Assembly (NCBI RefSeq): GCF_009914755.1
Contig: NC_060937.1
Strand: one strand, 5' to 3'
Source: the human T2T-CHM13v2.0 reference genome, Homo sapiens
DNA length: 64,000 nt
Shown: in pieces, positions 1 to 16,400 of the stretch
Layout of the letters: each line of letters starts with the position of its first letter
How positions within the stretch are numbered: position 1 is the stretch's first letter
Translations under genes and position numbers: made by a program
Notes under the pieces: generated by a model
The model's input: only the letters and a program-made list of their open reading frames with translations
The model's database searches: none
Told to the model about the DNA's origin: nothing

Positions 1-551
1 CTGCACATAAAATATCAAAGTACCCAAGGTATATATTCCATACTGTACAAAAAATATCAAAGTACCCAAAGCATATATTATATGCTGTACATAAAATATG
101 AAAGTACATCAAATATATATTTTATTCTGTTCATAAAATATCAAAGTACACCAAATATATATTCTATACTGTACATAAAATATCAAGGTACCCAAACTAT
201 ACATTATATACTGTACATAAAATATGAAATTACATCAAATATATATTATATTAGGTACATAAAATATGAAAGTACATCAAATATAGATTCTATACTCTAC
301 ATAAAATTTCAAAGTACCCAAATATATATCATATACTGTACATGAAATATGAAAGTTCACAAACTATATATTATATACTGTACATAAAATATCAAAGTAC
401 CCAAACTATACATTATATACTGTACATAAAATATGAAATTACATCAAATATATATTATATTAGGTATGTAAAATATGAAAGTACATCAAATATAAATTAT
501 ATACTGTACATAAAATACCAAAGTACCCCAAATATATAGTATATGCTGTAC
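1..551 (+). repeat. End of a 587-bp 14-mer domain (partial unit plus the 5-mer half 342-551)
   Basis: Carries 14-mer diagnostic variants: ctgcacat, ttccatac, tatatgctg, GGTACC at 187-192, the 41-bp monomer 'cccaaatatatatcatatactg' ending at 341, and ggtatgtaa. Confidence 0.85.
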
Positions 552-3500
552 ATGCAATATCAAAGTTCACAAACTATATATTATATATTGTACATAAAAT
601 ATCAAAGTACCCAAGGTATATATTCTATACTGTACAAAAAATATCAAAGTACCCAAAACATGTATTATATACTGTACATAAAATATGAAAGTACATCAAA
701 TATATATTTTATTCTGTACATAAAATATCAAAGTACACCAAATATATATTCTATAGTGTACATAAAATATCAAAGTACCCAAACTATACATTATAAACTG
801 TACATAAAATATGAAATTACATCAAATATATATTATATTAGGTACATAAAATATGAAAGTACATGAAATATATATTATATACTGTACATAAAATACCAAA
901 GTACCCCAAATACATATTATATACTGTACATGAAATATCAAAGTTCACAAACTATATATTATATACTATACATAAAATAACAAAGTACCGAAGGTATATA
1001 TTCTATACTGTACAAAAAATATCAAAGTACCCAAAGCATGTATTATATACTGTACATAAAATATGAAAGTATATGAAATATATATTTTATTCTGTACATA
1101 AAATATCAAATTACACAAAATATATATTCTATAGTGTACATAAAATATCAAAGTACCCAAACTATACATTATATACTGTACAAAAAATATGAAATTACAT
1201 CAAATATATATTATATTAGGTACATAAAATATGAAAGTACATCAAATATAGATTATATACTGTACATAAAATACGAAAGAACCCCAAATATATATTATAT
1301 ACTGTACATGAAATATCAAAGTTCACAAACTATATATTATATACTGTACATAAAATATAAAAGTGCCCAAGGTATATATTCTATACTGTACAAAAAATAT
1401 CAAAGTACCCAAAACATGTACTATATACTGTACATAAAATATGAAAGTACATCAAATATATATTTTATTCTGTACATAAAATATCAAAGTACACCAAATA
1501 TATATTCTATAGTGTACATAAAATATCAAAATACCCAAACTATACATTATATACTGTACATAAAATATGAAATTACATCAAATATATATTATATTAGGTA
1601 CCTAAAATATGAAAGTACATCAAATATAAATTATATACTGTACATAAAATAACAAAGAAACCCAAATATATATTATATACTGTACATGAAATATCAAAGT
1701 TCACAAACTATATATTATATACTGTACATAAAATATCAAAGTACCCAAGGTATATATTCCATACTCTACAAAAAATATCAAAGTACCCAAAGCATGTATT
1801 ATATACTGTTCATAAAATATGAAAGTACATCAAATATATATTTTATTCTGTACATAAAATATCAAAGTACACTAAATATATATTCTATAGTGTACATAAA
1901 ATATCAAAGTACCCAAACTATACATTATATACTGTACATAAAATATGAAATTACATCAAATATATATTATATTAGGTACATAAAATATGAAAGTACATCA
2001 AATATAAATTATATACTGTACATAAAATATCAAAGTACCTCAAATATATATTATATACTGAACATGAAATATCAAAGTTCACAAACTATATATTATATAC
2101 TGTACATAAAATATCAAAATACCCCAGGTATATATTCTATACTGTACAAAAAATATAAAAGTACCCAAAACATGTATTATATACTGTACATAAAATATGA
2201 AAGTACATCAAATATATATTTTATCCTGTACATAAAATATCAAAGTACACCAAATATATATTCTATAGTGTACATAAAATATCAAATTACCCAAACTATA
2301 CATTATATACTGTACATAAAATATGAAATTACATCAAATATATATTATATTAGGTACATAAAATATGAAAGTACATCAAATATAAATTATATACTGTACA
2401 TAAAATATCAAAGTACCTCAAATATATATTATATACTGTACATGAAATATCAAAGTTCACAAACTATATATTATATACTGTACATAAAATATCAAAGTAC
2501 CCAAGGTATATATTCTATACTGTACAAAAAATATAAAAGCACCCAAAACATGTATTATATACTGTACATAAAATATGAAAGTACATCATATATATATTTT
2601 ATTCTGTAAATAAAATATCAAAGTACACCAAATATATATTCTATAGTGTACATAAAATATCAAAGTACCCAAACTATACATTATATACTGTACATAAAAT
2701 ATGAAATTACATCAAATATATATTATATTAGGTACATAAAATATGAAAGTACATCAAATATAGATTATATACTGTACATAAAATATCAAAGTACCCCAAA
2801 TAAATATTTTATACTGTACATGCAATATCAAAGTTCACAAACTATATATTATATACTGTACATAAAATATCAAAGTACCGAAGGTATATATTCTATACTG
2901 TACAAAAAATATCAAAGTACCCAAAGCATGTATTATATACTGTACATAAAATATGAAAGTACATCAAATATATATTTTATTCTGTACATAAAATATCAAA
3001 GTACACCAAATATATATTCTATAGTGTACATAAGATATAAAAGTACCCAAACTATATATTATATACTGTACATAAAATATGAAATTACATCAAAAATATA
3101 TTATATTAGGTACATAAAATATGAAAGTACATCAAATATAAATTATATACAGTACTTAAAAAATCAAAGTACCCCAAATATATATTATATACTGTACATG
3201 AAATATCAAAGTCCACAAACTATATATAATATATTGTACATAAAATATCAAAGTACCCAAGGTATATATTCTATACTGTACAAAAAATATCAAAGTACCC
3301 AAAGCATGTATTATATAGTGTATATAAAATATGAAAGTACATCAAATATATATTTAATTTTGTACATAAAATATCAAAGTACACCAAATATATATTCTAT
3401 ACTGTACATAAAATATCAAAGTACCCAAACTATACATTATATACTGTACATAAAATATGAAATTACATCAAATATATATTATATTAGGTACATAAAATAT

Positions 3501-6500
3501 GAAAGTACATCAAATATAGATTATATACTGTACATAAAATACCAAAGAACCCCAAATATATATTATATACTGTACATGAAATATGAAAGTTCCCAAACTA
3601 TATATTATATACTGTACATAAAATATCAAAGTACCCAAGGTATATATTCTATACTGTACAAAAAATATCAAAGTACGCAAAGCATGTATTATATACTGTT
3701 AATAAAAAATGAAAGTACATCAAATATATATTTTATTCTGTACATAAAATATCAAAGTACACCAAATATATATTCTATAGTGTACATAAAATATCAAAAT
3801 ACCCAAACTATACATTATATACTGTACATAAAATATGAAATTACATCAAATATATATTATAATAGGTACATAAAATATGAAAGTACATCAAATATAAATT
3901 ATATACTGTACATAAAATACCAAAGAACCCCAAATATATATTATATACTGTACATGAAATATCAAAGTTCACAAAGTATATATTATATACTGTATATAAA
4001 ATATCAAAGTACCCAAGGTATATATTCTATACTGTACAAAAAATATCAAAGTACCCAAAGCATGTATTATATACTGTTCATAAAATATGAAAGTACATCA
4101 AATATATAATTTATTCTGTACATAAAATATCAAAGTACACCAAATATATATTCTATAGTGTACATTAAATATCAAACTACCCAAACTATACATTATATAC
4201 TGTACATAAAATATGAAATTACATCAAATATATATTATATTAGGTACATAAAATATGAAAGTACATCAAATATAGATTATAAACTGTACATAAAATAACA
4301 AAGAACCCCAAATATATATTGTATACTGTACATGAAATATCAAAGTTCACAAACTATATATTATATACTGTACATAAAATATCAAAGTACCCAAGGTATA
4401 TATTCTATACTGTATAAAAAATATCTAAGTACCCAAGGCATGTATTATATACTGTTCATAAAATATGAAAGTACATCAAACATATATTTTATTCTGTACA
4501 TAAAATATCAAGGTTCACTAAATATATATTCTATAGTGTACATAAAATATCAAACTACCCAAACTATACATTATATACTGTACATAAAATATGAAATTAC
4601 ATCAAATATATATTATATTAGGTACATAAAATATGAAAGTACATCAAATACATATTATATACTGTACATAAAATACCAAATTACCCCAAATACATATTAT
4701 ATACTGTACATGAAATATCAAAGTTCACAAACTATATATTATATACTGTACATAAAATATCAAAGTACCCAAGGTATATATTCTATACTGTACAAAAAAT
4801 ATCAAAGTACGCAAAGCATGTATTATATAGTGTACATAAAATATGAAAGTACATCAAATATATATTTTATTCTGTACATAAAATATCAAAGTACACCAAA
4901 TATATATTCTATAGTGTACATAAAATATCAAAGTACCCAAACTATACATTATATACTGTACATAAAACATGAAATTACATCCAATATATATTATATTAGG
5001 TACATAAAATATGAAAGTACATCAAATATAAATTATATACTGTACATAAAATACCAAAGTACCCCAAATATATATTATATACAGTACATGAAATATCAAA
5101 GTTCACAAACTATATATTATATACTGTACATAAAATATCAAAGTACACAAGGTATATATTCCATACTGTACAAAAAATATCAAAGTACCCAAAGCATGTA
5201 TTATATACTGTTCAAAAAATATGAAATTACATCAAATATATATTTTATTCTGTACATAAAATACCAAAGTACACCAAATATATATTCTATAGTGTACATA
5301 AAATATCAAATTACCCAAACTATACATTATATACTGTACATAAAATATGAAATTACATCAAAAATATATTATATTAGGTACATAAAATATGAAAGTACAT
5401 CAAATATAAATTCTATACAGTACATAAAATATCAAAGTACCCCAAATATATATTATATACTGTACATGAAATATCAAAGTCCACAAACTATATATTATAT
5501 ACTGTACATAAAATATCAAAGTACCCAAGGTATATATTCTATACTCTACAAAAAATATCAAAGTACCCAAAGCATGTATTATATACGGTACATAAAATAT
5601 GAAAGTACATCAAATATATATTTAATTCTGTACATAAAATATCAAAGTACACCAAATATATATTCTATAGTGTACATAAAATATCAAAGTACCCAAACTA
5701 TACATTATATACTGTACATAAAATATGAAATTACATCAAATATATATTATATTAGGTACATAAAATATGAAAGTACATCAAATATAGATTATATACTGTA
5801 CATAAAATACCAAAGAACCCCAAATATATATTATATACTGTACATGAAATATCAAAGTTCACAAACTATATATTATATACTGTACATAAAATATCAAAGT
5901 ACCCAAGGTATATATTCTATACTGTACAAAAAATATCAAAGTACCCAAAGCATGTATTATATACTGTTAATAAAATATGAAAGTACATCAAATATATATT
6001 TTATTCTGTACATAAAATATCAAAGTACACCAAATATATATTCTATAGTGTACATAAAATATCAAATTACCGAAACTATGCATTATATACTGTACATAAA
6101 CTATGAAATTACATCAAATATATATTATATTAGGTACATAAAATATGAAAGTACATCAAATATAGATTGTATACTGTGCATAGAATACCAAAGTACCCCA
6201 AATACATATTGCATACTGTACATGAAATATCAAAGTTCACAAACTATATTTTATATACTGTACATAAAATATCAAAGTACCCAAGGTATATATTCTATAC
6301 TGTACAAAAAATATCAAAGTACCCAAAGCAAGTATTATATACTGTACATAAAATATGAAAGTACATCAAATGTGTATTTTATTCTGTACATATATCAAAG
6401 TACACCAAATATATATTCTATAGTGTACATAAAATATCAAAGTACCCAAACTATACATTATATACTGTACATAAAATATGAAATTACATCAAATATATAC

Positions 6501-6974
6501 TATATTATGTACAAAAAATATGAAAGTACATCAAATATAGATTATATACTGTACATAAAATACCAAAGTACCCCAAATAAATATTTTATACTGTACATGC
6601 AATATCAAAGTTCACAAACTATATATTATATACTGTACATAAAATATCAAAGTACCGAAGGTATATATTCTATACTGTACAAAAAATATCAAAGTACCCA
6701 AAGCATGTATTATATACTGTACATAAAATATGAAAGTACATCAAATATATATTTTATTCTGTACATAAAATATCAAAGTACACCAAATATATATTCTATA
6801 GTGTACATAAAATATCAAAGTACCCAAACCATACATTATATACTGTACATAAAATATGAAATTACATCAAATATATATAATATTAGGTACATAAAATATG
6901 AAAGTACATCAAATATAGATTATGTAGTGTACATAAAATACCAAAGTACCCCAAATATATATTATATACTGTAC
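552..6974 (+). repeat. 378-bp 9-mer higher-order repeat domain 1 (17 units)
   Basis: Unit starts (ATG(A/C)AATATCAAAGTTCAC-like) at 552, 930, 1308, 1686 ... 5844, 6222, then 6597 after a 3-bp deletion near 6391, and the next unit at 6975. Monomer order A-I. Diagnostic agcatgtatt and ctatagtgtac. Confidence 0.92.
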
Positions 6975-9900
6975 ATGAAATATCAAAGTTCACAAACTAT
7001 ATATTATATACTGTACATAAAATATCAAGGTACCCAAGTTATATATTCTATACTCTACAAAAAATATCAAAGTACCCAAAGCATATATTATATGCTGTAC
7101 ATAAAATATGAAAGTACATCAAATATATATGTTATTCTGTACATAAAATATCAAAGTACACCAAATATATATTCTATACTGTACATAAAATATCAAGGTA
7201 CCTAAACTATACATTACATACTGTACATAAAATATGAAATTACATCAAATATATATTATATTAGGTACATAAAATATGAAAGTACATCAAATATAGATTC
7301 TATACTGTACATAAAATATCAAAGTACCCAAATATATATCAGATACTGTACATGAAATATCAAAGTTCACAAACTATATATTATATACTGTACATAAAAT
7401 ATCAAAGTACCCAAACTATACATTATATACTGTACATAAAATATGAAATTACATCAAATATATATTATATTAGGTATGTAAAATATGAAAGTACATCAAA
7501 TATAGATTATATACTGTACATAAAATACCAAAGTACCCCAAATATATATTTTATGCTGTACATGAAATATCAAAGTTCTCAAACTATATATTATATACTG
7601 CACATAAAATATCAAAGTACCCAAGCTATATATTCCATACTGTACAAAAAATATCAAAGTACCCAAAGCATATATTATATGCTGTCCATAAAATATGAAA
7701 GTATATCAAATATATATTTTATTCTGTACATAAAATATCAAAGTACACCAAATATATATTCTATACTATACATAAAATATCAAGGTACCCAAACTATACA
7801 TTATATACTGTACATAAGATATGAAATTACATCAAATATACATTATATTAGGTACATAAAATATGAAAGTACATCAAATATAGATTATATACTGTACATA
7901 AAATCTCAAAGTACCCAAATATATATCATATACTGTACATGAAATATCAAAGTTCACAAACTATATATTATATACTGTACATAAAATATCAAAGTACCCA
8001 AACTATACATTATATACTGTACATAAAATATGAAATTACATCAAATATATATTTTATTAGGTATGTAAAATATGAAAGTACATCAAATATAGATATATAC
8101 TGTACATAAAATACCAAAGTACCACAAATATATATTTTATACTGTACATGAAATATCAAAGTTCTCAAACTATATATTATATACTGCACATAAAATATCA
8201 AAGTACCCAAGGTATATATTCCATACTGTACAAAAAATATCAAAGTACCCAAAGCATATATTATATGCTGTACATAAAATATGAAAGTACATGAAATATA
8301 TATTTTATTCTCTACATAAAATATCAAAGTACACCAAATATATATTCTATACTGTACATAAAATATCAAGGTACCCAAACTATACATTATATACTGTACA
8401 TAAAATATGAAATTACATCAAATATATATTATATTAGGTACATAAAATATGAAAGTACATCAAATATAGATTATATACTGTACAAAAAATATCAAAGTAC
8501 CCAAATATATACCATATACTGTACATGAAATATCAAAGTTCACAAACTATATATTATATACTGTACATAAAATATCAAAGTACCCAAACTATACATTATA
8601 TACTGTACATAAAATATGAAATTACATCAAATATATATTTTATTAGGTATGTAAAATATGAAAGTACATCAAATATAGATTATATACTGTACATAAAATA
8701 CCAAAGTACCCCAAATATATATTTTATACTGTACATGAAATATCAAAGTTCTCAAACTATATATTATATAGTGCACATAAAATATCAAAGTACCCAAGGT
8801 ATATATTCCATACTGTACAAAAATTATCAAAGTACCCAAAGCATATATTATATGCTGTACATAAAATATGAAAGTACATGAAATATATATTTTATTCTGT
8901 ACATAAAATATCAAAGTACACCAAATATATATTCTATACTGTACATAAAATATCAAGGTACCCAAACTATACATTATATACTGTACATAAGATATGAAAT
9001 TACATCAAATATATATTATATTAGGTACATAAAATATGAAAGTACATCAAATATAGATTATATACTGTACATAAAATCTCAAAGTACCCAAATATATATC
9101 ATATACTGTACATGAAATATCAAAGTTCACAAACTATATATTATATACTGTACATAAAATATCAAAGTACCCAAACTATACATTATATACTGTACATAAA
9201 ATATGAAATTACATCAAATATATATTTTATTAGGTATGTAAAATATGAAAGTACATCAAATATAGATTATATACTGTACATAAAATACCAAAGTACCCCA
9301 AATATATATTTTATACTGTACATGAAATATCAAAGTTCTCAAAGTATATATTATATAGTGCACATAAAATATCAAAGTACCCAAGGTATATATTCCATAC
9401 TGTACAAAAATTATCAAAGTACCCAAAGCATATATTATATGCTGTACATAAAATATGAAAGTACATCAAATATATATTTTATTCTGTACATAAAATATCA
9501 AAGTACACCAAATATATATTCTATACTGTACATAAAATATCAAGGTACCCAAACTATACATTATATACTGTACATAAGATATGAAATTACATCAAATATA
9601 TATTATATTAGGTACATAAAATATGAAAGTACATCAAATATAGATTATATACTGTACATAAAATATCAAAGTACCCAAATATATATCATATACTGTACAT
9701 GAAATATCAAAGTTCACAAACTATATATTATATACTGTACATAAAATATCAAAGTACCCAAACTATACATTATATACTGTACATAAAATATGAAATTACA
9801 TCAAATATATATTATATTAGGTATGTAAAATATGAAAGTACATCAAATATAGATTATATACTGTACATAAAATACCAAAGTACCCCAAATATATATTTTA

Positions 9901-12900
9901 TACTGTACATGAAATATCAAAGTTCTCAAACTATATATTATATACTGCACATAAAATATCAAAGTACCCAAGGTATATATTCCATACTGTACAAAAAATA
10001 TCAAAGTACCCAAAGCATATATTATATGCTGTACATAAAATATGAAAGTACATGAAATATATATTTTATTCTGTACATAAAATATCAAAGTACACCAAAT
10101 ATATATTCTATACTGTACATAAAATATCAACGTACCCAAACTATACATTATATACTGTACATAAAATATGAAATTACATCAAATATATATTATATTAGGT
10201 ACATAAAATATGAAAGTACATCAAATATAGATTATATACTGTACATAAAATCTCAAAGTACCCAAATATATATCATATACTGTACATGAAATATCAAAGT
10301 TCACAAACTATATATTATATACTGTACATAAAATATCAAAGTACCCAAACTATACATTATATACTGTACATAAAATATGAAATTACATCAAATATATATT
10401 TTATTAGGTATGTAAAATATGAAAGTACATCAAATATAGATTATATACTGTACATAAAATACCAAAGTACCCCAAATATATATTTTATACTGTACATGAA
10501 ATATCAAAGTTCTCAAAGTATATATTATATAGTGCACATAAAATATCAAAGTACCCAAGGTATATATTCCATACTGTACAAAAATTATCAAAGTACCCAA
10601 AGCATATATTATATGCTGTACATAAAATATGAAAGTACATCAAATATATATTTTATTCTGTACATAAAATATCAAAGTATACCAAATATATATTCTATAC
10701 TGTACATAAAATATCAAGGTACCCAAACTATACATTATATACTGTACATAAGATATGAAATTACATCAAATATATATTATATTAGGTACATAAAATATGA
10801 AAGTACATCAAATATAGATTATATACTGTACATAAAATATCAAAGTACCCAAATATATATCATATACTGTACATGAAATATCAAAGTTCACAAACTATAT
10901 ATTATATACTGTACATAAAATATCAAAGTACCCAAACTATACATTATATACTGTACATAAAATATGAAATTACATCAAATATATATTTTATTAGGTATGT
11001 AAAATATGAAAGTACATCAAATATAGATTATATACTGTACATAAAATACCAAAGTACCCCAAATATATATTTTATACTGTACATGAAATATCAAAGTTCT
11101 CAAAGTATATATTATATAGTGCACATAAAATATCAAAGTACCCAAGGTATATATTCCATACTGTACAAAAATTATCAAAGTACCCAAAGCATATATTATA
11201 TGCTGTACATAAAATATGAAAGTACATCAAATATATATTTTATCCTGTACATAAAATATCAAAGTACACCAAATATATATTCTATACTGTACATAAAATA
11301 TCAAGGTACCCAAACTATACATTATATACTGTACATAAGATATGAAATTACATCAAATATATATTATATTAGGTACATAAAATATGAAAGTACATCAAAT
11401 ATAGATTATATACTGTACATAAAATATCAAAGTACCCAAATATATATCATATACTGTACATGAAATATCAAAGTTCACAAACTATATATTATATACTGTA
11501 CATAAAATATCAAAGTACCCAAACTATACATTATATACTGTACATAAAATCTGAAATTACATCAAATATATATTATATTAGGTATGTAAAATATGAAAGT
11601 ACATCAAATATAGATTATATACTGTACATAAAATACCAAAGTACCCCAAATATATATTTTATACTGTACATGAAATATCAAAGTTCTCAAACTATATATT
11701 ATATACTGCACATAAAATATCAAAGTACCCAAGGTATATATTCCATACTGTACAAAAAATATCAAAGTACCCAAAGCATATATTATATGCTGTACATAAA
11801 ATATGAAAGTACATCAAATATATATTTTATTCTGTACATAAAATATCAAAGTACACCAAATATATATTCTATACTGTACATAAAATATCAACGTACCCAA
11901 ACTATACATTTTATACTGTACATAAAATATGAAATTATATCAAATATATATTATATTAGGTACATAAAATATGAAAGTACATCAAATATAGATTATACAC
12001 TGTACATAAAATATCAAAGTACCCAAATATATATCATATACTGTACATGAAATATCAAAGTTCACAAACTATATATTATATACTGTACATAAAATATCAA
12101 AGTACCCAAACTATACATTATATACTGAACATAAAAGATGAAATTACATAAAATATATATTATATTAGGTATGTAAAATATGAGAGTACATCAAATATAG
12201 ATTATATACTGTACATAAAATACCAAAGTACCCCAAATATATATTTTATACTGTACATGAAATATCAAAGTTCTCAAACTATATATTATATACTGCACAT
12301 AAAATATCAAAGTACCCAAGGTATATATTCCATACTGTACAAAAAATATCAAAGTACCCAAAGCATATATTATATGCTGTACATAAAATATGAAAGTACA
12401 TCAAATATATATTTTATTCTGTACATAAAATATCAAAGTACACCAAATATATATTCTATACTGTACATAAAATATCAACGTACCCAAACTATACATTATA
12501 TACTGTACATAAAATATGAAATTACATCAAATATATATTATATTAGGTACATAAAATATGAAAGTACATCAAATATAGATTATATACTGTACATAAAATA
12601 TCAAAGTACCCAAATATATATCATATACTGTACATGAAATATCAAAGTTCACAAACTATATATTATATACTGTACATAAAATATCAAAGTACCCAAACTA
12701 TACATTATATACTGTAAATAAAATATGAAATTACATTAAATATATATTTTATTAGGTATGTAAAATATGAAAGTACATCAAATATAGATTATAGACTGTA
12801 CATAAAATACCAAAGTACCCCAAATATATATTTTATACTGTACATGAAATATCAAAGTTCTCAAACTATATATTATATACTGCACATAAAATATCAAAGT

Positions 12901-13430
12901 ACCCAAGGTATATATTCCATACTGTACAAAAAATATCAAAGTACCCAAAGCATATATTATATGCTGTACATAAAATATGAAAGTACATCAAATATATATT
13001 TTATTCTGTTCATAAAATATCAAAGTACACCAAATATATATTCTATACTGTACATAAAATATCAAGGTACCCAAACTATACATTATATACTGTACATAAA
13101 ATATGAAATTACATCAAATATATATTATATTAGGTACATAAAATATGAAAGTACATCAAATATAGATTCTATACTCTACATAAAATTTCAAAGTACCCAA
13201 ATATATATCATATACTGTACATGAAATATGAAAGTTCACAAACTATATATTATATACTGTACATAAAATATCAAAGTACCCAAACTATACATTATATACT
13301 GTACATAAAATATGAAATTACATCAAATATATATTATATTAGGTATGTAAAATATGAAAGTACATCAAATATAAATTATATACTGTACATAAAATACCAA
13401 AGTACCCCAAATATATAGTATATGCTGTAC
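6975..13430 (+). repeat. 587-bp 14-mer domain 1 (hybrid junction unit 6975-7351, ten full units 7352-13220, 5-mer 13221-13430)
   Basis: Unit starts at 7352, 7939, 8525 (1-bp loss near 8093), 9112, 9699, 10286, 10873, 11460, 12047, 12634, 13221. Spacing is 587 = 14x42-1. Confidence 0.92.
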
Positions 13431-16400
13431 ATGCAATATCAAAGTTCACAAACTATATATTATATATTGTACATAAAATATCAAAGTACCCAAGGTATAT
13501 ATTCTATACTGTACAAAAAATATCAAAGTACCCAAAACATGTATTATATACTGTACATAAAATATGAAAGTACATCAAATATATATTTTATTCTGTACAT
13601 AAAATATCAAAGTACACCAAATATATATTCTATAGTGTACATAAAATATCAAAGTACCCAAACTATACATTATAAACTGTACATAAAATATGAAATTACA
13701 TCAAATATATATTATATTAGGTACATAAAATATGAAAGTACATGAAATATATATTATATACTGTACATAAAATACCAAAGTACCCCAAATACATATTATA
13801 TACTGTACATGAAATATCAAAGTTCACAAACTATATATTATATACTATACATAAAATAACAAAGTACCGAAGGTATATATTCTATACTGTACAAAAAATA
13901 TCAAAGTACCCAAAGCATGTATTATATACTGTACATAAAATATGAAAGTATATGAAATATATATATTATTCTGTACATAAAATATCAAATTACACAAAAT
14001 ATATATTCTATAGTGTACATAAAATATCAAAGTACCCAAACTATACATTATATACTGTACAAAAAATATGAAATTACATCAAATATATATTATATTAGGT
14101 ACATAAAATATGAAAGTACATCAAATATAGATTATATACTGTACATAAAATACGAAAGAACCCCAAATATATATTATATACTGTACATGAAATATCAAAG
14201 TTCACAAACTATATATTATATACTGTACATAAAATATAAAAGTGCCCAAGGTATATATTCTATACTGTACAAAAAATATCAAAGTACCCAAAACATGTAC
14301 TATATACTGTACATAAAATATGAAAGTACATCAAATATATATTTTATTCTGTACATAAAATATCAAAGTACACCAAATATATATTCTATAGTGTACATAA
14401 AATATCAAAATACCCAAACTATACATTATATACTGTACATAAAATATGAAATTACATCAAATATATATTATATTAGGTACCTAAAATATGAAAGTACATC
14501 AAATATAAATTATATACTGTACATAAAATAACAAAGAAACCCAAATATATATTATATACTGTACATGAAATATCAAAGTTCACAAACTATATATTATATA
14601 CTGTACATAAAATATCAAAGTACCCAAGGTATATATTCCATACTCTACAAAAAATATCAAAGTACCCAAAGCATGTATTATATACTGTTCATAAAATATG
14701 AAAGTACATCAAATATATATTTTATTCTGTACATAAAATATCAAAGTACACTAAATATATATTCTATAGTGTACATAAAATATCAAAGTACCCAAACTAT
14801 ACATTATATACTGTACATAAAATATGAAATTACATCAAATATATATTATATTAGGTACATAAAATATGAAAGTACATCAAATATAAATTATATACTGTAC
14901 ATAAAATATCAAAGTACCTCAAATATATATTATATACTGAACATGAAATATCAAAGTTCACAAACTATATATTATATACTGTACATAAAATATCAAAATA
15001 CCCCAGGTATATATTCTATACTGTACAAAAAATATAAAAGTACCCAAAACATGTATTATATACTGTACATAAAATATGAAAGTACATCAAATATATATTT
15101 TATCCTGTACATAAAATATCAAAGTACACCAAATATATATTCTATAGTGTACATAAAATATCAAATTACCCAAACTATACATTATATACTGTACATAAAA
15201 TATGAAATTACATCAAATATATATTATATTAGGTACATAAAATATGAAAGTACATCAAATATAAATTATATACTGTACATAAAATATCAAAGTACCTCAA
15301 ATATATATTATATACTGTACATGAAATATCAAAGTTCACAAACTATATATTATATACTGTACATAAAATATCAAAGTACCCAAGGTATATATTCTATACT
15401 GTACAAAAAATATAAAAGCACCCAAAACATGTATTATATACTGTACATAAAATATGAAAGTACATCATATATATATTTTATTCTGTAAATAAAATATCAA
15501 AGTACACCAAATATATATTCTATAGTGTACATAAAATATCAAAGTACCCAAACTATACATTATATACTGTACATAAAATATGAAATTACATCAAATATAT
15601 ATTATATTAGGTACATAAAATATGAAAGTACATCAAATATAGATTATATACTGTACATAAAATATCAAAGTACCCCAAATAAATATTTTATACTGTACAT
15701 GCAATATCAAAGTTCACAAACTATATATTATATACTGTACATAAAATATCAAAGTACCGAAGGTATATATTCTATACTGTACAAAAAATATCAAAGTACC
15801 CAAAGCATGTATTATATACTGTACATAAAATATGAAAGTACATCAAATATATATTTTATTCTGTACATAAAATATCAAAGTACACCAAATATATATTCTA
15901 TAGTGTACATAAGATATAAAAGTACCCAAACTATATATTATATACTGTACATAAAATATGAAATTACATCAAAAATATATTATATTAGGTACATAAAATA
16001 TGAAAGTACATCAAATATAAATTATATACAGTACTTAAAAAATCAAAGTACCCCAAATATATATTATATACTGTACATGAAATATCAAAGTCCACAAACT
16101 ATATATAATATATTGTACATAAAATATCAAAGTACCCAAGGTATATATTCTATACTGTACAAAAAATATCAAAGTACCCAAAGCATGTATTATATAGTGT
16201 ATATAAAATATGAAAGTACATCAAATATATATTTAATTTTGTACATAAAATATCAAAGTACACCAAATATATATTCTATACTGTACATAAAATATCAAAG
16301 TACCCAAACTATACATTATATACTGTACATAAAATATGAAATTACATCAAATATATATTATATTAGGTACATAAAATATGAAAGTACATCAAATATAGAT

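Noticed and set aside
2600-2810. Sporadic AATAAA hexamers and many TATA-like motifs
   Set aside because: These are expected by chance from single substitutions in such AT-rich repeats. The sequence alone gives no support for promoter or polyadenylation function.
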